DNA of 64,000 nucleotides from Lama guanicoe (Eukaryota): positions 3,398,161 through 3,462,160 of the forward strand of contig MU054323.1 in the NCBI GenBank assembly GCA_013239625.1, written 5' to 3'. The notes beneath the pieces were generated by a model, which was given only the letters and a program-made list of their open reading frames with translations, was not told the origin of the DNA and searched no databases. This document shows, one piece after another, positions 52,230-64,000 of this stretch; position 1 is the stretch's first letter, and every line of letters begins with the position of its first letter. The translations under genes and the position numbers were made by a program.

Positions 52230-54990
52230 GTTACTGTGAAATAAAACATAAGTACAGCATAATGACTATAACAAGAAAAGGTGTAACCACCATTAAAGTC
52301 AAGAATAGAAAACTGCACAGCACCCCACCTCTGGCATGTCCCAGCTCTACCACATCTTCTCTGTCCCTTTGAACTGCCCATCATTCTGTTTTCCATAAAT
52401 GCTTCTCTCTAATCGTTTGGTTTGAATTATTTAAAAAATTTTATGTATGATTCATCCATGTGGTTATATACAGACTTTCCTAGTTTCCAATTTCACTACT
52501 GCATACCACCTCATTGGGCAAAAAGCACAATGAATTTATCCATTCTGCATTTACACTATTCCTAGTTTAGGGCCACTGCCAAAAGTACTGCCACAAACAT
52601 GTTTGTACATGTATCCTGGTACATGTATGTATTTCTTTATTCTAAGGTATATATCTAGTAGTAGATACCCTGAGTCACAGGGTATGTATATTTTCAAACT
52701 TGTAAATGATGCCAAACTGCCTCCAAAGTGGCTGTGCAAATTTACACTTTTATTACCTTCGTATTAGAGTTCCCACTGCTCTATGACTTTAATGATACTA
52801 TCAGACTTTAAAAAACTGGCTAATATGGAAGATATGCAAAAGTATTCTCGTGGTTTTGATCTTTCCCCATTACTAAGGAGGCTGAGCATCTTTTCATATG
52901 CTAACTGGGCATCTGGATTTCCTTTTGGGAAACAGCTGTTCAAGTCTCTTTCACCCATTTTCCAGTTGGGCTGTCTTTTCTTACTGATTCAAAATCTTTT
53001 ATGTATGCTAAACCAAAGTTTTCCACTGTTTTAATATACTGCATGTATCTGCTTCCATTCCTAGCCTGACCTTCCATTCTCTTTATGATGACTTTTGAAG
53101 CAGTGGATTTAAATTTATTATTTCCTTTATTTTCATAACTTTTTCCTGTATTACCTTCTAACAGCTTTAAAATTCCACTTTTCCTCATTTACATCTAAAA
53201 TCCAAATGGAGTCAATTACTGGATATACGGTAAGGCAGGGGTTCAATCTGTTGCCCAAATATATCAATTTTCTTAATTTCATCTTATTTACAAAACAAGT
53301 CATTTCTCCCTACAGTTTCGTGCTGTTTTCTTTGCTATTAATTAGGTGCCCATTTCTTTCAGGATCTCACTTCGGAGGTATCTATTCTGTCTCACTGGTC
53401 TGTTTCTCTCTTCATACAATTCAACTATGGCTTTAGAGTAAATCTTACCTTAGGGTGTAAGTCAGAATAGAGTAAGTCCTCCTACTTTTTCTTTTTAAGA
53501 GTGTTTTGGTTAATCTTGATTCTTTGCATTTTCATTAAATTTTATTATCAGTTTTCAAAAAGAACCACAGAAAGAATCCATTAGTATTTTTGATTGGGAA
53601 TACACTGAAACTATAGGTTAACACGGGGAGAACTGGCATGTTTAATAATCTTCTTCAAAATTTTTCATTTCAAAACATTACGTTGTTGACTAATAGAAAA
53701 AAAATTTAACTTGGTTTTTATACCCCAAAACCTGAACAAAAAAAATTAATCCTAATACTTTATACGCAGATTCAGTTAATATACAACTATATTTTCTGCA
53801 AATGACAGTCCTGTTTCTTCCTTTATAGAACTTTTTCATTTTATTAGAATTTCCTTCATGTTATAGCACTGGCTAGGATCTTTAATATAATGTTGAAGAG
53901 AAATAACATTAGTAGAAATGCTTGTTTTATTTCTAGTGTTAAAGGGAAAACTTTCAGTATTTCCTATGGAAGCTTGTCATTCATTTGTTTGAGGTGGTGG
54001 TGAGGGGGGTAATCTCCCCCTAGCATATTTAAGAAGTTCTTCTGGTTCATATTTGTTAAAGAGAGCTTTGTTCAAAAAGTCAACATATAAATTTATTATG
54101 CTTTTCTTGCATCTTTTGGTAAGTTCTCATGATTATTCTCTTTTATTTTTTTAATGTAGCAAATTATGCTGTGTGACTTACTAATGTTCACCTTGCGTTC
54201 TTGGGATTAAATCAACTTGTACGTTATATATTATCTTGCTTTATATTGCCAGATCTGGTTTGCTAATATTTAACTCAGGATTTCTAAATCCAGTTTTCTT
54301 TTCTCTGTCTTTGATGGGTTTTAATATGAAGATTATGCTTACAGCATGAAATGACTTGAAGTACACCCTCCTTTTCTATTCTCTAGAATTTTAAAAACTG
54401 GAATTGTTAGAATTAGTTCTTCCTTAAATGACCAGTATCATTCACCTCTGAAGTTGTGTTGGCCCGGAATTTTCTTAGAAGATTTTTGATTACTCAGTTG
54501 ATTTAATGGTAATGGACTTCAGATTTTCTAAATATCCCTGAGTCTATTTGGTAACATTTTCCTAGTCATTTTCCACTTTCTTAAAATGAGGCTGGTTCCT
54601 AATATCCTATTATGATTATTTTATTTTTTCTGATATTGGTATTTATGTCTTATCCCTTTATCTTTTTTTGGATGAGCCTCTCAGAAGTTTATCAATCTCA
54701 TTAGCCTTTTCAAAGAAGTAACTTATGGGATAATTTGACCTTTTTACTGTATGTTTGTTGCCTACTTCATCCACATCAGTTCTATCTTTACTATTTGGCT
54801 TCTTGCTACAATTCTTTGGGCTTATTATCTTCCCTTTATAGTTCCCAGATAGAAACTTATTTTCTAGTGTATGCATTCAAGCTTATGTATTTCTCATCTA
54901 TGTTTGTTTTAGGTGTAGTCCTCAAGTTTAAATATATAGCATTTTCATAATCATTCAGTTTAAAAGTTTCTACTTTCTATTGTATACTTA
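52230..54990 (-). mobile_element. Long ancient L1 fragment
   Basis: ccaaagtggctgtgcaaatttacac...gaggctgagcatcttttcatatgct...ctggctaggatctttaatataatgttgaag; degenerate ORF2 peptides (FFEKANEIDKLL). Confidence 0.8.
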
Positions 54991-56011
54991 CTGTATACTT
55001 CTACTGTATACCTTTATACTTAGAGAACTTGACAAGACACAAGGGATTAAAAAAGAAGACAGTCCCCACATTCAAGAATTATATAATTTACAGAGAAGGT
55101 AATGAAATATATTCTTAATTCTAAGATGCCATTTATTTTTAGACATGACATTAATGTAATAACTTTCCTTAGGGAAAGATACAAAATTCTTCCACTTTAA
55201 GATACTTCTCACCTCCAAATATGGTAAAATAAGTAAACTGAGAAAACAAACCAAAAAATTGATAAATGAAATGCAAGGCAGACAAAAGTACTAAAAAAAA
55301 AACAACATGTTGCAAATTATGTGCCATAAGAATGGCAGGAGAAATAATTATTAATGAACAAGCAATGGGAAAGATTAGGGAAGGCTTCATGGAAAGGATG
55401 CTGTGAGGAGGAAAGTTAATCATAAAGCATTTATAAAACGAGGCCTTAAAAAGGAAAATGTAAAATTATATACCCCAGTTTCGCTGAAAATTTATAAAAA
55501 GGTATTCTAAGCTAAAAACATTAGCTAGGGCCAGAGGCACAGAAGTACAAGTATGTTAGTGGAACAGTATGTGATCTAGTGTGTTAAAGCACACGACTGC
55601 GGGACACTGATTAGATTAAAAGGGAGCTTGGAGCTAGATGAATGAAAATGTTAAGAATCGAAATGGTATAAACTAATCTGTATTTCTGAAAGGCAACTGA
55701 AAGGAGAATAAAAAGAGGAAATAAACAAAAGGTTTGAGGCAGACACAGTTGTAGAAGGATATGGGAGAATCTTAACAAGAAAAGCAGAGATGAAAAGAAA
55801 TGAATATGAGACAGAATAATCAAGAATTGGCAAATTACTGAATGTGGAGCATAAAAGAAAACCAAAAGTTTAAGATGACTCTGAGAGTGAAGCCAAAAAT
55901 TTCTAGTTCAAGGGGACAGCGGAGTTAATAGTGAAATAGGGTAAACGACAAGATAAGCAAATTTGGGAGACATGAGTTCATTTTTGGACATTTTCAGTGT
56001 AAGGAGTAGCT

Positions 56012-56143
56012 GGGGGGGAGGGTATAGCTCAAGTGGTAGAGTGCATGCTTAGCATGCACAAGGTCCTGGGTTCAATCCCCAGTACCTTCTCTAAAAATAA
56101 ATAAACCTAATTACCTCCCTCTGCCTCCCAAAAAAGAATTACG
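56012..56143 (+). mobile_element. Full-length tRNA-Ala-derived SINE (camelid Vic-1 type) with target-site duplication
   Basis: gggggggagggtatagctcaagtggtagagtgcatgcttagcatgcacaaggtcctgggttcaatccccagtacc contains A/B boxes, then an A-rich tail; direct repeat aggagtagctgg at 56002-56013 and 56144-56155. Confidence 0.9.
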
Positions 56144-58205
56144 AGGAGTAGCTGGATCATATAAATAATATCCTGTACAAAGGTAGAAATGTGTTAGGTG
56201 TTCAGAAAAGAACCCAAGATGCAGATGGAAACTCACTGGTTTACTGGCACAAGGATGACAGGTGAAAAGATCAAAGTAGGTAAGACTCTCCCACAGAAAA
56301 AGTGTAAAGTATTTCTATTTTTTCCAATATCGAAAGTGAAGTTCAGAGAGGTGACACAACTAAGTGGTAGAGCAATAATGGCAGCTCTGACTCCAAGGCA
56401 TCTAGTCACTAAGCCACATTGTCTTTTATGTTAAAATGATATAAAGAAGAAAGGGAGATTGACAAAAAGCAGTAAGATGGGAAAGTGAGGAAAGTAAAAT
56501 ATCACACAAATGGAGCAGAGAGGAGGTGCAGAAAGCTGACATATTCACTATGGTGTAATGCAACAAAGAACTGAGAAAAATAAGGATGGAGGAGAGGAAG
56601 TCATACTTTGGCAATTGTTCCTGAGTTACATTAGAGCTACTGAAAAGGAATCATGGAGGCAGGGCTTAAAACAAGTACGGAGAACATAAAATTTGAAAGG
56701 TAGTCCAGAAGGAGAGTATAAGACAGAGAAAGCTTTTTAGAATAAAGAGGCAGACTAGCACAGTAGTTGTAGGAAATGAGGTGGGTGAGGGACAAAGGCT
56801 AAAAATATGAGACCAAAAAAAACCAGATGGCATATATGATCAAGCAGAAGGACTAAAAGTCTATAATCAATATAGTATGAGGACCAGGGATTCGATGGAT
56901 GAAAAGTGAAGACAGAAGGTGGACAAGCAAAAGACCGTATGAGTCTTGAAGAAACAAACATCAATTTTCTTAACTGAGGCTCTTGTATTAGCACACTAAG
57001 CTTTATAACAATGTAACTATTTGAATAAGGAATTATTTCATAATAGTCCTAGGCAGAATTAAGTACAGAAGGTATGAGAGAAAAGTTTTACAGTGAGGGA
57101 ATCATATGAACAGTTAAAAAGTCACTTAGGGATATAAATATTAATACCAGGAAAGCCCCTTTTATGAGAATGATTTTTATATTTATATTTGTAAAGAGAC
57201 TAGAGTTGTGGCTGAGGTGAGATAAAATAATCCGTTCTTTTTTCCTAAAAGTTTTACCTGTTTTTAATTTTCTCATCACTCCAATGATAGTCAATTGTTT
57301 TTAGACAAATATAGTGTAAAAAGTAGTTTTCTTTTAGGATTACCAACATAGAGTTCACTTATGAACAAAACAAACAAAAATAAAGAATTTTCTCAGAGAA
57401 TGGAGAGACATGAACATAAAAATAAATTTTGAGAAGACCAGAGTTGATAAAAATCAATAGCAAAATACCTCAATATCTTTAGTAAGTAAGAACATGAGCT
57501 GAATGTGAAGAAAGGAAACAAAGGCATTTATAGGAAATGGGTTATAGAACCAGCGCCAAGAGCCTAGAAAGATGAAGTAATAGTGAAAAGGAATAGCAAA
57601 TATATACAGTAGCAATGTCCTACTTAGAATCTAGTGAGACAGGACTGTTACATGCTGTGACTGTTTGCCCTTTTCTGCTTATAGCTAAACCCCAAAAGGG
57701 ACCCAGAGTAGTCTCAGAGGTGGCTTTCATAAGCTCCCAGCTCAATTCATTTTAGCCCTGTTTCATGTCCCTCCATGTGTCTACAACTTCAACTTTATAG
57801 TCCATTTCTCAAAGGGCTGCTTTTGCCAGGGTCTCTAATGTATATTTGCTATTGGACTGTAGCTTCCATGAAGCAAGTATATAGCTGGGGTGAAAAAAAA
57901 AAATGAGAATGACCCCATTCTACCATCATCTATACTTTGGGGACGGCAATGTTAACATCTTTTCATTCAGCAGGCTAGACAAGATGATAAACCCAGACCT
58001 TAGAATTTCAGAGAACAGAATCAATGTAATTGATAGAGAAATCCTCCAATTAACACACAGAAACATTCAGCAGCATGTAAAGAAACCCTCAGTCATGTAA
58101 GTCAGGACCCTTTCTAATACATCAAATTTCCTAAATGATCTGAATAGAAAATTTAACTACAGTACAATTAAGTGGAAACTACAGCACGTATTTCATTAAT
58201 AAGCA

Positions 58206-58417
58206 CAGCCGACTCTGGAACAATGCAGGAGTTAGGGGCACTGACCCTCTGTGCAGTCTACTGAAAATCTGCATATTACTTTACAGTCAACCCTCCATAT
58301 CCGCTATTCTGCATCTGCCAAATTGAACCAACCACAGATTGTGTTGTATTTACTGAAAAAGATCTGCACGTAAGTGGATCCATGCAGTTCAAATCAGTGT
58401 TCTTCATGGGTCAGTTG
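58206..58417. mobile_element. MER8-like Tigger2-derived MITE
   Basis: cagccgactctggaacaatgcaggagttaggggcactgaccc ... gttcttcatgggtcagttg followed by TA; same termini as the element at 37572. Confidence 0.8.
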
Positions 58418-59227
58418 TAATCTATATAGTTACAGCAGTAACTACTCATACACTAAAAGTGAAAAAATAGCATATTTAAAAGAAAAGGTGAACCTTCAGG
58501 AGTGGAGAGAACTAGGAACAGAATGGGAAGTGATGCATTACCTACTGATATTCAAATGTAGCCTTTAAATCTCACTTTAAAAACGTAACAAGTGCTGCTT
58601 TATTAGCTTAAGAAAACACCTTCTTTCCACCTTCCACTATTGTTAAAGTAATAAGTTTGTATTTAGTTTCATACAAATTTACTCCACAAAAAATGTATTC
58701 TGTTGGTCTTTTCTAAAAGTTGTAATGTGGCAATGGGCCAAAAATTTTTGTAAACACTGATGCCATTAGGTTACAAACACCAATACCATAAGATACTATA
58801 AATGTGCTAAATAAGACTAAACAATGTTCTAAGTGGAAAACGTTAGCTGCACATTTTTCAGTGTTAACTAAATGACTGTTCTTATATGGCAGAAATGGCA
58901 AATAGTTTTTGTCCTACAAGCCACCAAGTGGTTTTATTTCTTGAAGCACTGCATTAAGAATTCTGGGGTACATTCCACTGTAAAGATGCTATGATTTATG
59001 TCATGAACAGACTAAGAAAAAATGGTTTTGAGAATTCTAATACATATCTGCCATCCCTATCAAGTCTCACAAATTGATTCCAACTACTGGCATCTGAGTT
59101 CTAAACAATTTATTGTAATATATTTTAAAGACATTTCTTGATTTTTCTCCCTCTTCAGTGTGAAAATCTACATTAAACATTGAAGTTTAAAATCTATTCA
59201 AATTTCCACAACTAACCAACTGTATAC

Positions 59228-59357
59228 CTGGCATGCCGGTAGCAAGACCCTGACCAAAAGCCAAAGTTGGATTTGCTGCTGCAAGTGATTCAGCTTGCTG
59301 CCCTTGCTGGCCCTGACTGGGAGTAAGAGGGCGCTGACCTGCTCCAGCACGGAGAAC
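59228..59357 (-). CDS. PUM2: PUM2 coding exon ([43 protein letters not shown])
   Basis: tttgtag|GTT acceptor, CAG|gtatac donor, 130 nt. Confidence 0.96.
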
Positions 59358-60808
59358 CTACAAAGAACAAATGATTTCCTTAATGAAATTATAAAATAAA
59401 AGATAAATAAATTTATCTTGGATAACTTTGTATATATCACAAATCACCTCTGGATATTCTCTGAACATATTTACATCCAATGAAACATTAGTCTAGCATA
59501 AAAAAATACAAAATACTTAACATCAGAAATACAATCACTGGCTCTTGACACCTAGAACAATCTATTAAAACACATGGACATTCTAAAAGGTCTTTGGAAA
59601 AATTTCTAGTATTTGTACTCTTTAACTTTAACTTACCAAAGTAGTATTAAAATGAGAGATTTATTTGAGGGAGAGGGTGGTATCGAAAATCTTAGATGAA
59701 GACAACAATTTTTAATTTTATTATTTTCTAAAACTGAAAACTGAAACATGGGGAGCTTAAGGGAGTATATCAAGTATGATTATTCGATTAGTCTGTTATG
59801 AGATTGTGATGCAGAATGAAAACTTCAAATTGAACCAAAATTTCAGAATTCAGTAACTTTAATGAAAGTAACTTTAAAAGCTACTCTTTACTGTAAAACC
59901 TCAGGGTGAAAAAGGGAACACAAAATTTTATTTAAAAAAAGCGAAAACTCTTACGGCTGGTCTAATTTTACTTCTTTGTAATCCATGGCTATTGTAGTGA
60001 TTATACACAAGCATGATACACATTAATTTCACAAAGGTAAATATTTAAACAATTCAGGACAAGGGGCATTCATTTTAAGTCCATCTATGTAAGTATCACA
60101 CAGAGGTATGTGTAATGTTCAGGTAGTGTGCTATTTTTGTTTGCCTGAAGAAGGTATAGATTAGAAAAGAATTTATTAAATGATGCTGTGGTATAACCTA
60201 CAAGCACTGACTCAAAGGACGGCTTTAACAGACATCAGTATAGTTTAGAAGAAAATCAACTGCCAAGTAACAAAACACTATACTTGTCATTAAGTTGCTT
60301 CTTTGGTATAAATATGATAAATCTGACAATCAGAATTAATTTTTCTTTTACATTTATTTTTAAAAATAGTTTCAGGAAAGTGGCTGGAATTTAAAGTATT
60401 CAGTAATCTTTTTGGGGGTCAGAAATTTATTAATATTTAAAATAGTAATTTAAATACCCAGAAGAAAATGAAGAGACAATTACTGTAACAGGAACATTAT
60501 TAGCACATTTTAAGAAGTGATGAAAAGAAAGTTAATAATCTGTTAGAGATTTCAGTAACAGAAATGTAGAAGTGGAATACAACCAAATCTTTAAGTTCAT
60601 ATAGCTACAATTAGAAAAATAACCAAACCATGTAAACAATTCTTGTGTACCAACTAAATGACAGGTACTATATTACATACTGAGGAAAGTGAAAACCAAA
60701 AACCGAAACCAAAACCAAAACCAAAACCAGCCCACAGATCTTGAATGCAAGGAGCTCATACAATTTCAAAGACTCTCCAGGTATTATTTAATGAAGGCAG
60801 GCCTATAC

Positions 60809-60951
60809 CTGTTGCTGTCCAGGCTGAGCTTGTGATGCTGCTTGCTGATTTGCTGTGTTGTTTGCCGCAGCTGCAGCTTGCTGCTGAAATAAATTGGCTG
60901 GATACACCCCCCACGGAACACCGTAATACTGAGGTGGAACCACTGCCGGAC
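60809..60951 (-). CDS. PUM2: PUM2 coding exon ([48 protein letters not shown])
   Basis: gtttag|GT acceptor, CAG|gtatag donor, 143 nt. Confidence 0.96.
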
Positions 60952-62074
60952 CTAAACCCCACACCACACCCCACCCCCCCAAAAAAAGAAAAAAGTCACT
61001 ACATCTTACAGATAAAGTCAGTTACCACTAGATTATAAAAAGGGAAAGACATAAGACTTAGAGCAGATGTCCTTATATTCCTCTATCCACATACAACTGC
61101 TTTCCCCTTTCTCTTTGTTTTATTAGGGAGAAAGTTTCATTCATATATGTATTATTAAAAGAGAAAGAACTCAGGAATGACAGCAGTGGCCTTAACGGAG
61201 AGATGGGACACTAAACTCAAGAAGATCAATGAACTGACAGGACACTTAACCATCTACTCAGCACTTACTGAACACTAGAATGTATAGGTTTGACACTGGC
61301 AAACAGGAATGTAAGACACCATAAAACTGTACGATTTCCTACACTCAATTCATCACTTTCTTTAAAAAGGGTATTTTCTTATTGAAAACTAAATACTTTT
61401 AGCTTTTAATCTGTAATCTATATAACATAACTAGGGAACATTCTGGTACCAAGCTTGCTACAACTATTTCTGAATGGTAAACCTTAATTTAAAAATATTC
61501 TTCATATCTGAAATAGTTATAATTCTCACATAGCAATTGAGAATCACATGAAAACAAATAACACATCAATGTTCGTGTGGTTAGGAAAATGGAACTAGTG
61601 AGTTAAGACAAGAAAAAACTATGTAATATAATCACAGAGAGACACAGACATAAAAATGCGAACCAGGAAAAACAGCATGAATTCTTGCTCAATTCCACCT
61701 TATTCAAGATAAAATTTGATTCCTGGACAGTATGTAACATCATGCAAAATAAGCCTCACCATTAAACTAATGATTAAGATGTTATGATTCCAGACTGATA
61801 AAACAAAAACTTCCTAAATTCCACTTATATGATTTTAGTGTATCTAATTTGAAAAATCAAACTCTTTTGGTTGCACTTTGTTTTGGAAAAAAATAAAGTC
61901 CAATATAATTGACTAAATGACTAAAATGAAAAGCTCTAAAAAATTTAAAGGTAAAATATATTTCTAAAGACAGTTTAAGTACAATCTACAATGAGGACTG
62001 TTAAATACAGAAAAGGATTTATGAAGAAAGAATACACTGTCAAAATAAGACAAAATAAAAGAATCAGACATCTA

Positions 62075-62378
62075 TCTCATAGTACAAAACAGTAGCCAGA
62101 AGTCACTTGTGACTAAACAATTAAAAGTTGGACAGCCTGAATTGAGATATGCTGTTATGTATGTAATTCACCCAGAATTCTGAAGACTTAGCATTAAAAA
62201 AAAAACTAAAATACCAATTAGTAATTTAAAAAAAATACTGACTACATTATATACTGGGCTAAATCAAACATAACGTTAAATTAATTTCATCTGTTTTTTT
62301 ACTTTTATAATGTGGTTACTAGAATAATCTAAATTACATTATCTGGCTCACGTTCTATTTCTATTGGACAGTGATGAT
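62075..62378. mobile_element. hAT-Charlie MITE (MER33/MER3-like)
   Basis: gtagccagaagtcacttgtgacta...gaattgagatatgctgt...ttttactttt...ggttactagaa...ggctcacgttctatttctattggacagtg. Confidence 0.75.
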
Positions 62379-62679
62379 CTTAGAAAGCCTCAGTAAGTCC
62401 AGAATGCCTAGAATGCTTATCTCAAAACTAATGACCCCTTAAAGTTGCTTCTTTCAGTTCCAGACGTTAATGACTTTCCATATGCATGTATGGTATATCA
62501 GCATTTTACATATTAACATCCAGTTAAACGGTACCAGGAAAGCTCACACCTTATGTAATCACATGCAGATCTATACCAAAAACTACTGAATGTGACAGGT
62601 TAGTTTTAGTCTGCTAAGATATCAAATAAGAATTTGAAATTAATGTTTTTTTCACTTCTTAAAATAACGTCTTGAGTAC

Positions 62680-62682
<3 letters not shown>

Positions 62683-62711
<29 letters not shown>
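62683..62711. repeat. (CA)n microsatellite
   Basis: Directly visible. Confidence 0.95.
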
Positions 62712-62716
<5 letters not shown>

Positions 62717-63636
62717 CTAAGACTAATTCTTCTGCAGTCATGATAACAGTTACCAGAAGTGGATTTAAAATCATCTAATAGATCAATGATAAATCAGTGA
62801 ACTTATTTCTGAAAGTAAAAAAATCAATGGAAGCTTAAAGTTATGAAAGTCAATCAGCCATCAATCCAGTGAACATACTTCTGTGATTGACATCTCCCTG
62901 TTTCTGCCTTGGTAACCAACATAAACTATGTCTAAGACTAATTCATTCTTGTCTCTGTAACTAACTCAATCTAAAACAACCTTCCCTCAACATCCTATAG
63001 AAGATGAGCAAATCACTTCACTCATTACGACTGTGCCTAACCAGTACACAACTCTCCCTTACATAAGAAATAAATACAGCTTTGGTTTAAAGAAAATTTT
63101 TTTTCCAGCTTCACTGTGACACAATTGACATGTGACACTGTATACATTTGGTTTTTATTTCAGATTTTGGATGGTGCTGTCAGGCTTTGACAGTTATTAA
63201 TAAGTTCTTTCCAATGCCATCCCACCTTTTTATCCCTCAGCTTGCTTGTACACTTTAACATTGTTAATTAAACTTTACTTTTTAGATACTCATTCTCTCA
63301 AGATTTGCTGAATCTCTTTACCTTGTATTATCCCTGGCCTGGGTATTTATAGCACCTACCCCCAGTTTATTTACTGAGAAGTAACTTTACTTTGCATTGT
63401 CTCTGTGGGTAATGGGATTGATCCCAAGAATAAAGATTTGTGGTTGGTAATACAAGATTTCTGAAACTACAAAACTGAAATGTAAACCAACTATGTGCAG
63501 GAGGGATAAAAGTGTTATCAGACTTAGGTTTTCTCCTGTAGCATTATAGTTAAAAAATAAACTAGCTCTCTGGAAACTTCAGCTCATTCTGGATAAATGT
63601 TTCCATTTTCTGTAGGAACTTCAACCTGCTCAATTA

Positions 63637-63840
<204 letters not shown>

Positions 63841-64000
63841 TTAAAAGGGGAGAAATAATAAATAAAAACATATGTATGATTTTCTTCATAAGGTTAAAAT
63901 AAAAAAACCAAAAACATTTATATTCTAAAACTGGGGGTAGGGGAAGGGGAAAGTGTGTATCATGGTTCAAATTCTTATTAACTAACTGACCTGGGGCATG

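Noticed and set aside
56012..56090. Possible tRNA-Ala gene
   Set aside because: It has a SINE tail and target-site duplication, an imperfect cloverleaf and a second related copy in the window, so it is a SINE.

Overview
Mammalian genomic DNA, most likely a camelid, because it carries a tRNA-Ala-derived SINE of the Vic-1 type and cetartiodactyl-type L1 tails. Two minus-strand genes lie in tandem. SDC1 (syndecan-1) contributes its CpG-island promoter and first coding exon at 981-1046; the rest of the gene lies left of the window. PUM2 (Pumilio-2) contributes its last 14 coding exons at 63833-23051 (2306 nt, frame continuous, all introns GT-AG, all eight PUF repeats intact) and a ~2.9 kb 3'UTR. 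The ~19 kb intergenic region and the introns contain L1, L2, MIR, MaLR/ERV LTRs, DNA-transposon relics, microsatellites and a U6 retrocopy with target-site duplications. The most notable unexplained structure is a candidate alternative terminal (or poison) exon at ~33204-32780, inside the 13.4 kb PUM2 intron just upstream of the RNA-binding domain. It has a 102-nt AG-free acceptor zone, an in-frame stop, an AATAAA with a GU-rich downstream element, and two perfect Pumilio elements. Other candidates are an intronic TATA promoter with a mini-exon in SDC1, an AP-1/E-box/ETS enhancer ~7.7 kb upstream of SDC1, and a diverged duplication in adjacent PUM2 introns. Repeat family names and boundaries are by eye and approximate.
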